From Promethearchaeota archaeon (lineage in GTDB: Archaea > Asgardarchaeota > Heimdallarchaeia > Hodarchaeales > Hodarchaeaceae): a stretch of DNA of 64,000 nt. This document shows positions 9,596 to 18,533 of the stretch, one piece after another (within the stretch, counting starts at the first letter, position 1; every line of letters begins with the position of its first letter). The stretch spans positions 1 to 64,000 of the forward strand of contig JBHLMN010000010.1 in NCBI GenBank assembly GCA_048938105.1. The letters are read 5' to 3'. A program made the position numbers and the translations under genes. The notes under the pieces are model-generated. The model ran no database searches. It saw only the letters and a program-made list of their open reading frames with translations, and was not told the origin of the DNA.

Positions 9596-9884
9596 AATTC
9601 TCCCTTCTAGTAATCTAACTTACTTGTCGTAATAAAAGGTTATCTCGAGAATCTCTCCGAGTATCGTATGAATTTTCCCCAGATTTGGGAAAAACCTCAT
9701 TCAATTCGATTTTTTTGTCGGAGCTGTTTATTTTTTCGTAAGAATCTTTTCTCTGATCACAAAAACAGTCTGGAAACCATTATGACCGCTATCTCATTCT
9801 CAAGCTACCCTCAAATATATCCCAAATAACTGACTTCAACAACTATTCCATCTAATTGGGATCGGAAGGCATCCACATTCAGGG

Positions 9885-10049
9885 ATGTTTGACCAAGATA
9901 CCGCTGTACCCCGTTTACAAAGCCAAATTGATCAGATGGTTCATGAGGGATGGGATCTCGTTGCAGTTGTCCCCATTTATACTCCTACAAGGATAGATGA
10001 GGGCGGCGCGAATGAGTTAACGGCGGTGGACTATTATTTCAAGAAGTAA
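9885..10049 (+). CDS. DUF4177-like microprotein (54 aa) or fragment
   Basis: Not in the ORF track. MFDQDTAVPRLQSQIDQMVHEGWDLVAVVP...VDYYFKK has the GW(E/D)LV.V ... YFKR-type signature. Confidence 0.55.
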   Translation: MFDQDTAVPRLQSQIDQMVHEGWDLVAVVPIYTPTRIDEGGANELTAVDYYFKK

Positions 10050-10142
10050 ATTCAGATGAAAAAAGTCTTGTTCATTAATAGCTCTTCATTCCAGATAAAT
10101 TTAAGTATCATTATTCGGAGGTTATTAAAGTAGGGAGTTCCC

Positions 10143-11570
10143 ATGGAAAACGGTGATGATCTTTCTTCTATAAAATTTTTCAATACTGTCTATCTAGTGA
10201 TAATGAAGGAGAGCCAAGACAAATCCAGAGGATATACGGGGGATGACCACCATTTTCAACGACATAAACTTCATTTGGATTATTTTGCTAAATTTCTAAC
10301 AGAGTACCAATACATTGATGAGGCAATTAAGAGAAAACCATTTCTTGAGGTGTTTAAGGACACATTCATCTTTTTAAGTGAGTGGGAACGGCATTACACC
10401 AAAGAAATTGAGGAGAATTCTGAACAAGCTCTAGACTTCCGAGGAAGACGTAACTCTTTCCGACAACTGAGGGATTCGTTTGTCAATACCATTATTGAAA
10501 CCTATTTTATGTTCAATCGGGATGATGACGAGGTTGGAGTCTACTATAAATATAAGCGCCAAGGGAGTCAGTTCTATAATCTGGAAGCCTTGGATGTACT
10601 GAAAACCTTCTCCAAAGATTATTCATTGCTATTAATTGAGTTAATCAAGTTTGATCTTCAAGGTATGATCTCCAATTCCTTACGTGAGTTATTAGATAAA
10701 ACAAAATTATTGGATCGTCTTCAGGTCTTATGTGCCAAAGAGTGGTATGCTTTGAGCCAAGACATCCAGGAAGCAGAGATTCGCCCCTCACCGATTTTAC
10801 ATATATTTTTAGGCCGCCAATCATCGTATGGGCGAAAAAAGAAATTTTCAGACCGCCGATCATCCTATGGGCGAAATAAGATGAGATCACAAGCTACATC
10901 TGGATCTCTGCAAGAATATTTTTTGCGAGTGATTGATCAAAAGAAATTGATCGCTCAGAGTCCCGAATTGACCCAAACAATGAAAGCCGAGGAACTCCTT
11001 GGTGTTACAGAAGTCATCAAAGAGCTCTTGACGGAATTACGGGAAGGAGATGAAATAGCCGTTGATGATGCGTTAGTAATCATTGAAGAAAATAGACCAC
11101 TAGAATATTTGTCAATGAACGAATTAGGAGAGTATTTTAAGCAGCTCTTAATCGAATTGCCCGATTTTGAGTACATCCGCTTGAAAAAATCGTTTCGGAG
11201 GAAATCCTCTCAAAAAACTGACCTCCTTACTAATATAGATTCGATTTTTATTCAATCTATCCCCTCATCCCTGAAAAACATCGAAGAAAGCTTATTAGAA
11301 ATCCAACTAAGTCAAAGTGACCTCCTTGCCCAGACCCAACAACTCCAAGAATTATTAGAATCCCAATTCGATTTAGTCATAGAAAATCAAGCAAAAATCG
11401 AAGAGTACCTGTTTGAGAAGTTAGGGTCAGAGTACGAGAAGATCAAACACTTATGGGTTATGTATAAGGAAAAACAACTCACAGGGAAGGAGTTTGTGCG
11501 CAAAGCTACGAAGATTCTAGGGAAGAAATTCAGTCGGATCTTTGTTGGCATTTTATTCTTTCTGAAGTAA
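10143..11570 (+). CDS. Hypothetical protein, 475 aa, with coiled coil and basic amphipathic C-terminus
   Basis: Long ORF with a GGAG RBS, a Q/E/L-rich coiled coil, and the ending EFVRKATKILGKKFSRIFVGILFFLK. Confidence 0.75.
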   Translation: MENGDDLSSIKFFNTVYLVIMKESQDKSRGYTGDDHHFQRHKLHLDYFAKFLTEYQYIDEAIKRKPFLEVFKDTFIFLSEWERHYTKEIEENSEQALDFRGRRNSFRQLRDSFVNTIIETYFMFNRDDDEVGVYYKYKRQGSQFYNLEALDVLKTFSKDYSLLLIELIKFDLQGMISNSLRELLDKTKLLDRLQVLCAKEWYALSQDIQEAEIRPSPILHIFLGRQSSYGRKKKFSDRRSSYGRNKMRSQATSGSLQEYFLRVIDQKKLIAQSPELTQTMKAEELLGVTEVIKELLTELREGDEIAVDDALVIIEENRPLEYLSMNELGEYFKQLLIELPDFEYIRLKKSFRRKSSQKTDLLTNIDSIFIQSIPSSLKNIEESLLEIQLSQSDLLAQTQQLQELLESQFDLVIENQAKIEEYLFEKLGSEYEKIKHLWVMYKEKQLTGKEFVRKATKILGKKFSRIFVGILFFLK

Positions 11571-11591
11571 TCCCTCATAATGACTCATTTT

Positions 11592-11777
11592 TTAAGTACC
11601 TGAGTATGTAATAAAGCCTAAGATTGCTCCACAGTCTTTGTTACTGCAGAGGATCACGCTAGAATTGCTGATTTCAGGACCAGGACTACGGACATAGGAT
11701 CTGACAAGGGGGCTGAGTTTTGAGTAGTCTAAAGTATCAATTATTTGATTGCAATGAGGACATCTCATAATTTTCAC
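11592..11777 (-). CDS. Zinc-ribbon microprotein
   Basis: CPHC ... CSNKDCGAILG in 61 aa. Confidence 0.6.
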   Translation of the reverse strand: MKIMRCPHCNQIIDTLDYSKLSPLVRSYVRSPGPEISNSSVILCSNKDCGAILGFITYSGT

Positions 11778-11853
11778 CGATAGTTCTTAGTTGGAAAGAA
11801 TTTTATGTAATTTTGTACGGAATGAAATCCTAATGGATGAAATATTGTCTTTC

Positions 11854-12045
11854 TTATTGTACCGTCCATCTGGAGGTCTGTGTGTTGATATTATCAAGCA
11901 GATCTTCAGGAGGAACCACAAATTTCCACCGAGCTTTACAAACTGAACACTTGAATGTTTCCTCATCCCATCGATAGACTGTTGACTCTCCCTCTTCCGT
12001 TTGACACCCGAACGGGCAATTCATTTCTCGCATGCTTTTAGCCAA
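11854..12045 (-). CDS. Zinc-ribbon microprotein
   Basis: CPFGC ... FKCSVCKARW in 63 aa. Confidence 0.6.
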   Translation of the reverse strand: MAKSMREMNCPFGCQTEEGESTVYRWDEETFKCSVCKARWKFVVPPEDLLDNINTQTSRWTVQ

Positions 12046-12053
12046 CCGTAGTT

Positions 12054-12206
12054 TTATATGACTTTGGAAGATTTAAAAGGTGGTTTTGGCATGTAGGGGG
12101 TAACCACAAGCCTGACTATGATCATGAATGCAAACATGAGAATTATCCACACAAATAATACTGCAGCAACAAACTTCAGCTTATCCTTCGTTTTTTCCCA
12201 ACTCAC
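12054..12206 (-). CDS. Single-TM microprotein (50 aa)
   Basis: Not in the ORF track. GTG start after GAGGGA; MSWEKTKDKLKFVAAVLFVWIILMFAFMIIVRLVVTPYMPKPPFKSSKVI; ends 9 nt before the next ORF. Confidence 0.5.
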   Translation of the reverse strand: MSWEKTKDKLKFVAAVLFVWIILMFAFMIIVRLVVTPYMPKPPFKSSKVI

Positions 12207-12442
12207 ATTGTTCCCTCATACTATTGTAGAAAATATCACTTTTCTGATGAATTCCTCTTGGATTTAAGTTTTAGCTTTTCTTAATACTATTGACTTCTAT
12301 ATTCGACAAACAAGCCTATATGAATCCTACATAGGAGTTTAGCTTCTATTGAAATTAAGTGATCTTCTCCTTAATCGTTTCTCGTAAATGGACACACAAT
12401 ATATTTTTAATCATAAATCTACTCTTTTTTTGAGGTTTAATA

Positions 12443-12727
12443 ATGGTAGAACTGAACAGTAGAGATATAATTGTTTTAGCATTATCCTTAATTCTTGTAA
12501 TATCAATACTCCTATTAGGGACTTTGCTAATGTTGAATATTATGACTTTTGATTTAACTCTAAGTGAAATATATACAATTTACGAAGGGTCTATAGTAAC
12601 GACTGAGACAATGTGGGGAAAAATATTAACCTATGATACTATGGCTATCATGTCCAACCTTCTCGTAGCCTCATCGATGTTCTTTGCAGGAGTGTGTTTT
12701 TATTTACGAAGGGAGAAAAGAGAGTAG
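12443..12727 (+). CDS. Small two-TM membrane protein
   Basis: GAGGT RBS, two hydrophobic helices and a basic tail RREKRE. Confidence 0.65.
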   Translation: MVELNSRDIIVLALSLILVISILLLGTLLMLNIMTFDLTLSEIYTIYEGSIVTTETMWGKILTYDTMAIMSNLLVASSMFFAGVCFYLRREKRE

Positions 12728-12895
12728 TTTTGGCATTTTGACTATATAAACGATTGATCTCAATTGTTAGCGAAGACTCGTGAAAGCTATTTTGAGCTGA
12801 TCAAGTGGCTGACCGTCATTCTTCCTTCCCACGGGTCTTCAATTTTTTCCAAATCAGACTTAGGTAGACAAGACTTAATAAGGGAATTTTCCCTA

Positions 12896-13882
12896 TCAAT
12901 CATCCAAATAAACAGATACCCATTTGGGGAGGGGAATAGGCATGGAAGTAAGCTCTTGATATGCTGTATTCACTGTTAAGATTGCAGTAGCTAAAAAAAC
13001 CTTTTTTTCTTCATTTGGTATGGTGGGAGCAATTGTTTTGAATTCTTGTTGGATTTTGGTTAAAGAAAAATGCCTTACTGAAGGGTCAAGACTTTCAAAC
13101 TGAAATATTCTATCACCCGCCTCCATCATGTAAAAAAGATGTACCCCTTTGATCAAGCTACAAAACTCTTTCTCTGTGGTTATTTGAGGGATTAAGTTCC
13201 GGGTGACATCGAGGATTCCTTCACCTGTTTCTAGATAAAATGACTCGTTTGACTGATAGCGGGTTTTAGGGGCTTTTTTCAACGTATGGTAATGTTTAAT
13301 GCAGGCTAGAGTTGTTTTTTGCAAGAATTTCTTATCGAACTTCTTTTTCTCAAAATATGATTTTATCCATGAATAACGCACGATAAACCCCATTTCATCC
13401 CTATAGGCATCTTTAATGTCTGAGACACTCATAGCATAGGCATTAATGAACTGACCTATCTCATGGATATAGGTAGCCACCCCAAAAAAGGTATCTTCAC
13501 ACTTAGAACAGCGACAATTGATTAGAAAGTGACACCCTTCATAGATGGGCCATGAATACTCTTGGGGTATGGAAACGCTCTTATCTTCAAAGAAACTTAT
13601 TATTCCTTCAGGATGAAACACATACACCTCAAAAATCACAGGTGGGGTGTCACACTGGACACATTTCACGTGATAGACACAGGACAGAAGAGTGCGCATA
13701 GAGTCACGGTTGTTTTTTACTCCATCTAGGTCAAATACTCGTACTAAAACGGGTGATCGGAGTAAGATTGGTTCAATTTGGTTTGACATGTCTTCTAATA
13801 CTTCAGGGGTCATGTCAGGGAGTGTGAGGGCCTTAGATGAATTGTGCGTCTCAAAAAAACGCTTCACTTTTTCATCAATCAT
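12896..13882 (-). CDS. Hypothetical protein with CxxC pairs
   Basis: 328-aa ORF with an AGGTGA RBS, CVQC and CSKC. Confidence 0.65.
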   Translation of the reverse strand: MIDEKVKRFFETHNSSKALTLPDMTPEVLEDMSNQIEPILLRSPVLVRVFDLDGVKNNRDSMRTLLSCVYHVKCVQCDTPPVIFEVYVFHPEGIISFFEDKSVSIPQEYSWPIYEGCHFLINCRCSKCEDTFFGVATYIHEIGQFINAYAMSVSDIKDAYRDEMGFIVRYSWIKSYFEKKKFDKKFLQKTTLACIKHYHTLKKAPKTRYQSNESFYLETGEGILDVTRNLIPQITTEKEFCSLIKGVHLFYMMEAGDRIFQFESLDPSVRHFSLTKIQQEFKTIAPTIPNEEKKVFLATAILTVNTAYQELTSMPIPLPKWVSVYLDD

Positions 13883-13999
13883 GGTTTGAAATCACCTTCT
13901 AGAAGCTTAAGACATTCAATAGAATATTGCGGGGATCTCTTAAATAGTCAAAAATAATCAAAAAAGTGTGAATTGCAATTATCGTCTTTCTTGGTATCA

Positions 14000-15397
14000 T
14001 TATCCCAAGGAATTGTCGTGAACTTCTACCTCATAGGTTAACCCAGCTCTATGGCGTAGATTGTGTGAGCGAATAAACACCTCTTTGACTTGGTCAACCA
14101 GTTGAAAAAACCACCCTAATTGGGGATAATATTCGGGGGGAAAACTATCCATTCCTCCTCTCCATTTCATTCGTTGGATTATTTTCCATTGTTGAGAAGA
14201 CAATGTGAAATGGAGGGGATTGCCTCTGTTTATGCCGTCTCTCTTGGATATTAAACTTCCATTTGGTTGGAGGTTGCACTCTACAATGATATAGGGTGTT
14301 TGAGAGACCTCTTTCAGTCTGGAAAACAACTCTCGGACAAAGTTGATTCGTGTGTGAGTAACGAATACTGCTTGATTTTTCCGTTTTCCCCACCTTGTAT
14401 CAAATATCAGAATGTTCTCTTCCTGAAAGAAAGGGTATTTCTCTTCCAGACATTCCAACATGACATCCACCGATCCTAATTTGAACTCGGGATCTGAGGC
14501 CAAGGCCTCATAAGATAAGGGAACTTCGGCCATAAAGCGATGTCCCCAAATTATCCCCCCACTTCCTCTCTTCATCCAATCAACGTAGGCATAAGGCGAG
14601 AGGGCCTCATCCATTGTAATCTTAAGCTTCTGTATCTCCTGTTGAATTTTTTCCCGAAATTCTATTAATCTGAGGTGAAGATTGATTGTTTGATAGGACT
14701 GGCCATCAGCTTTCAGGTCATCATCTTGGTGTGTCATTCGCCACTTACCTCTGTCAATTTTTTCCTCGCAATGCGTTGTAGATATCTTGGCACGCCCCTT
14801 CCCGACCTTCGGAATCGCAGCCAACTCACGTTGACTTGCTTCTGTTAGTTTCACAATTGTTGGATACGCTTTCAAAATCTCAATTCCAATAGTTGCCCCA
14901 ATACCTGGAATACTGCGGAGCATTTCTAACGTCACGTTCACTGTCAGGCCCGATTCATAATTCCGACTCCGATTATAGTAAATGGGCCGTCGTTCTTTCC
15001 CATCCACTCGCTCCATGATCTTGTGGATCGCATACGCTATCGTTGCCTCCATGTTAGGGACGGGGATAATCCCCACTTCGTAATCAAAGACCAAGCTTAA
15101 CACGGCGCCAATCACTGGTTTCAATCGCCAACGTTCATCCGTGAGGGTCCCTGCCATGATCAGATACCTGTCCTTCCCTGTCGAGTGCATCCTTTTCGCT
15201 TGGTTAAAGATCCGATTGTCCACGATCGAACTGAAAAAGTCTTCTCCTCGTTTGATCTCCCCTATGGTGGTTGTTCTTTCGAAATCTCCCTTGGTCAACC
15301 GTTTCACCTCCACTTCATACCCCAATTCTGCTAATTCATCCACTAATTGTGGTGGTTCTCGGTCATCCACTGTCACTATTAGGTAGCTCATTCTCAT
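14000..15397 (-). CDS. ERCC4/XPF-type nuclease + HhH domain, read through into a second hypothetical gene (internal start ~14737)
   Basis: VDDRE, GDF, EIKRGEDF.SSI.D.R..NQA.RM and IPGIG / IPKVG HhH motifs. An internal GAGGT RBS precedes ATG 14737 (MTHQDDD). Confidence 0.8.
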   Translation of the reverse strand: MRMSYLIVTVDDREPPQLVDELAELGYEVEVKRLTKGDFERTTTIGEIKRGEDFFSSIVDNRIFNQAKRMHSTGKDRYLIMAGTLTDERWRLKPVIGAVLSLVFDYEVGIIPVPNMEATIAYAIHKIMERVDGKERRPIYYNRSRNYESGLTVNVTLEMLRSIPGIGATIGIEILKAYPTIVKLTEASQRELAAIPKVGKGRAKISTTHCEEKIDRGKWRMTHQDDDLKADGQSYQTINLHLRLIEFREKIQQEIQKLKITMDEALSPYAYVDWMKRGSGGIIWGHRFMAEVPLSYEALASDPEFKLGSVDVMLECLEEKYPFFQEENILIFDTRWGKRKNQAVFVTHTRINFVRELFSRLKEVSQTPYIIVECNLQPNGSLISKRDGINRGNPLHFTLSSQQWKIIQRMKWRGGMDSFPPEYYPQLGWFFQLVDQVKEVFIRSHNLRHRAGLTYEVEVHDNSLG

Positions 15398-15563
15398 TCG
15401 CTGAGGATTCTGGTAGAGAGTTTATATACTTGAAAAAAGGAATCATATAATCTAAAATTAACCCATAAAATGAAGGATTTAATTAATGATTAACAGCTCT
15501 TAGAACATGAAGGTTGTCCTAATACATCATGATTTAATCCCCATCAGGGTGAAGGTGTGATCA

Positions 15564-16379
15564 CTACGACTTTTTTATTATCTGTAGATTTAAGTTGAGT
15601 GGAGAAAATAAAGTAATCAAAAAGTCATTAAAAAAGCAATCAGATTTAATTTCATCACAAATGTAGCACTTATCGCAATGTAAAGTAAATTGCTTATCGC
15701 TACGTTCAATATGTTCTGCATCTAAGTATGCTAATATCTTATCCACTTCCATTAATGCATATTCTGGATTTTGAGTTAATGCATGAACCAATTGATCATG
15801 ATTTCTTTCTAGTAATTTCGTTCCAACTTTAGCCCCTAAAATACCTATTTCTGATTCCAACAAATCTTCCTCTAACAATAATCCGTCATCATTCAAGAAT
15901 TGTAAAAGATTTAGCTTTTTTCCGAGTGCCGCGAGAATTCTATCAGCATCTTTGTTAAATGATTCGAATTTACAGAGATCTATAATCTCTTTCTGCCACT
16001 GAACTTCAGGAAATCGCTTAAAAAACGTCTTCTGAAGTAAATCGAAAGTTCCTTCGCATATTTTGACCAAATTTGGGTTTATAGAAGAATCGATAAAGAG
16101 TACAAAGAGGAGGAGGTCGTGCTTCTTAAAAAATAATTGAACTTTCTCCATTCTTAGAAAATCGATTGAGTCCTTTTCAGTTTCGGTAGCAAAGTTATAC
16201 AATGCAGAAATCAAGCCAGATCGTAAAATAATATCCGTAGAATCTTCTTGGGGTTGATATTTTCTATGAAAAATGACCATTCCGTATTCATGAATACAAA
16301 GGAACTCATGGATAATCACATTCAGGGCCTCTGGACACTTTTTGTCCAATTTAGTTACACAATTAGAATTATCGAACAC
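15564..16379 (-). CDS. Longin-like domain + V4R/TRAPP-Bet3-like domain protein
   Basis: N-terminal FLCIHEYGMVIFHRKY..DIILRSGLISALYNFA...LLFVLFID (archaeal longin pattern). C-terminal LGAKVGTKLL...FTLHCDKCYIC...CFFNDFL (V4R-like). Confidence 0.65.
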   Translation of the reverse strand: MFDNSNCVTKLDKKCPEALNVIIHEFLCIHEYGMVIFHRKYQPQEDSTDIILRSGLISALYNFATETEKDSIDFLRMEKVQLFFKKHDLLLFVLFIDSSINPNLVKICEGTFDLLQKTFFKRFPEVQWQKEIIDLCKFESFNKDADRILAALGKKLNLLQFLNDDGLLLEEDLLESEIGILGAKVGTKLLERNHDQLVHALTQNPEYALMEVDKILAYLDAEHIERSDKQFTLHCDKCYICDEIKSDCFFNDFLITLFSPLNLNLQIIKKS

Positions 16380-16711
16380 TCTCTACAAAATAATATATCC
16401 TATTTTTCAGGAATGAACAAGAGTATTTTACTTAAAATACCCAATTCCTATACAAATGCAATGAGATATTTTATCGGGACCGAAAGGACAGATTTTAATC
16501 TAGAAAAGATGAATTTCTTGATCATTATCAACTTTCTGATCAGTTTTTTTAATTGAAAAAGGAGAATATGCCAAAATTGACTCCTATATTCCATTCATAA
16601 CTTTTTCAGAATGACGCGACCCGATTACAACTCGTCCGCGATGTGATTCAGGCGTGTGTTCACGTAGTTCACCCTCAATAAAAAATAAAGCCTTTTTCGT
16701 GGGGGAGGGAG

Positions 16712-16761
16712 GAGGCTCTGTCGTTGCAAAAACGCTTGTTTGTTGGTTCCGACAAAGCCTC
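16712..16761. repeat. 12-bp imperfect inverted repeat (GAGGCTCTGTCG ... CGACAAAGCCTC), possible IS-end or MITE remnant
   Basis: 11/12 complementarity across a 26-nt spacer in a non-coding stretch. Confidence 0.55.
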
Positions 16762-16877
16762 AGATATATATTTGTTAGCACCCTTTATAAACTTACATTT
16801 TCTTGATGGAAGGATCCATGAGATAGGTTAATAAACCAAGTAGTACCTGATCCCACCCACTCGCGGAGGCGAATGAT

Positions 16878-17477
16878 ATGGTGCAATGGAGAAATTGGAA
16901 TCGGAAAAAAATAATTTTTCTATCAATTGGTATTCTTACTGGTGTTATGATTATTCTTGCCGTTGCTCTCCAAGCGAATTGGTTTAACATCGCAGATTTG
17001 ACTGGTACTGTCGAACAAAACCAGTTATCGATCACTGAAGCACAACTTAACCTGGGAAGTATTGCGTCAGGTACAAGCTTTGAGAAAGCAGGGACCTCAA
17101 CGATTAGTGTTCCTGTGAACGACAAAGGGGGGCAGAATGTCTCCAAATTTCTGCTGGTTCTTCCCGTAATTAGTGATGCGGAAGCTTATCTCGCTGAAAG
17201 GTTTACGTCTCTATCTTTGAATGTCACAATTAGAGGAATAACGTACCAGGTAGAAATTGTAATTGGAGGAGAATTTCAGACAACAGGGGCACATGATTGG
17301 AGTTATGAGGATACGGATACTGTCAATAATCTCATCTATTATTCTTATGAAGACTGGGATCCAAGGATTTTTATTTCATCAGGTTCCCACGAAATAAATC
17401 TACTAGCGTTTGGGGTAACCTCTGCCCCCAGTACTGATCTTACGATTGATATCACATTCGCATTTGAGCTAATCTGA
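16878..17477 (+). CDS. N-terminally anchored extracellular beta-rich protein
   Basis: GGAGG RBS, basic N-terminus plus TM helix, then a Thr/Ser-rich beta-strand domain. Confidence 0.7.
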   Translation: MVQWRNWNRKKIIFLSIGILTGVMIILAVALQANWFNIADLTGTVEQNQLSITEAQLNLGSIASGTSFEKAGTSTISVPVNDKGGQNVSKFLLVLPVISDAEAYLAERFTSLSLNVTIRGITYQVEIVIGGEFQTTGAHDWSYEDTDTVNNLIYYSYEDWDPRIFISSGSHEINLLAFGVTSAPSTDLTIDITFAFELI

Positions 17478-17500
17478 TTAATTAAAGAGAGTACACTTAA

Positions 17501-18094
17501 ATGGTGAGAAATGACATCAAAGAATTGATAGCAGAATTAAGAACTTACGATCCAGAAAAATTAGTAGATTTAGGCCTAAGAACGTATGATAATGCAGTGG
17601 ATCTAGTTGACGAGGCACTAGTGTTAGTCGGCCAGCATTCCTACGCAAGGGGGTTTTTTCTTTCTTTCACGGCCTTCGAGGAACTCGGTAAAGCCTACTA
17701 TGTATGTCTATTAGGTCATCAAATCTTGGGGGGCGTATCAAAAGCTGATTTAACAGAATGGTACAAACAAACAGCAAGTCTTTTTCGATTTCACCCTGAA
17801 AAGATTAAGGCAGCAGGACTTACGCGTCTCGTGATCGATTTTTTTGAAAAAGAGTCACTTAAGAGGGGTGAAGATAGGGAATTTTTGAGACAGGACATAA
17901 ATGACCTCGACAAGAAGGATATCCCTTCTATAGTTTCATATACACGATCACTAGTTGAACCAATGATCACTTGGATGAGTGAGCAGCTCGTTCAACCATC
18001 TGATACAGAGGATGAGGACTTTGTGTCAATGGATTTAAGAAATCGGTCACTTTATGTGAACATTCCTACTACTTCTGATGATCCCACGATATAA
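17501..18094 (+). CDS. AbiV-family (HEPN) abortive-infection protein, possibly C-terminally truncated
   Basis: NA.DL..EA..L.....YAR.FFLS..A.EE.GKA, F.FH..K and RN.SLYV motifs. Confidence 0.8.
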   Translation: MVRNDIKELIAELRTYDPEKLVDLGLRTYDNAVDLVDEALVLVGQHSYARGFFLSFTAFEELGKAYYVCLLGHQILGGVSKADLTEWYKQTASLFRFHPEKIKAAGLTRLVIDFFEKESLKRGEDREFLRQDINDLDKKDIPSIVSYTRSLVEPMITWMSEQLVQPSDTEDEDFVSMDLRNRSLYVNIPTTSDDPTI

Positions 18095-18533
18095 CTGCGA
18101 ATTTTGGGGTAAGAAACCCTTCCTCCTAGTTTTTCAACAGCTTCCTTTAGCATTTCTCTTATGTATGGATGTCTCTACACTTCAATTACCTCTCTTATGA
18201 TGAATTATTCTTAAGAGGAATAAGAATTTTGTCATATTTGAAAGACTGAGTGATTATTGTGATAGTAATGTATGGATTTGTAAAATAGATAATTCTTAAT
18301 TAACCCAAAATTTGTCATTATCAATTCCTGAATTTGTCTTATAGTTCAAACAAACTGATAACGAAATTGAAAAACCTACTTTATAAACCAAAATCGGTCA
18401 AAAAGAATCTTAACAAATATTTCATGTATCACTAATCCAGACTTAAATACGATATATCGTCAAATGAACGCTTAGTATTTTCTCATTTCGGAGACATTGA
18501 GTTTTGATACATATCTAAGTAGGTTATCTAACC

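Noticed and set aside
16845-16870. ATCCCACCCACTCGC as a tRNA 3'-end or att site
   Set aside because: No T-loop consensus, no cloverleaf and no second copy seen.
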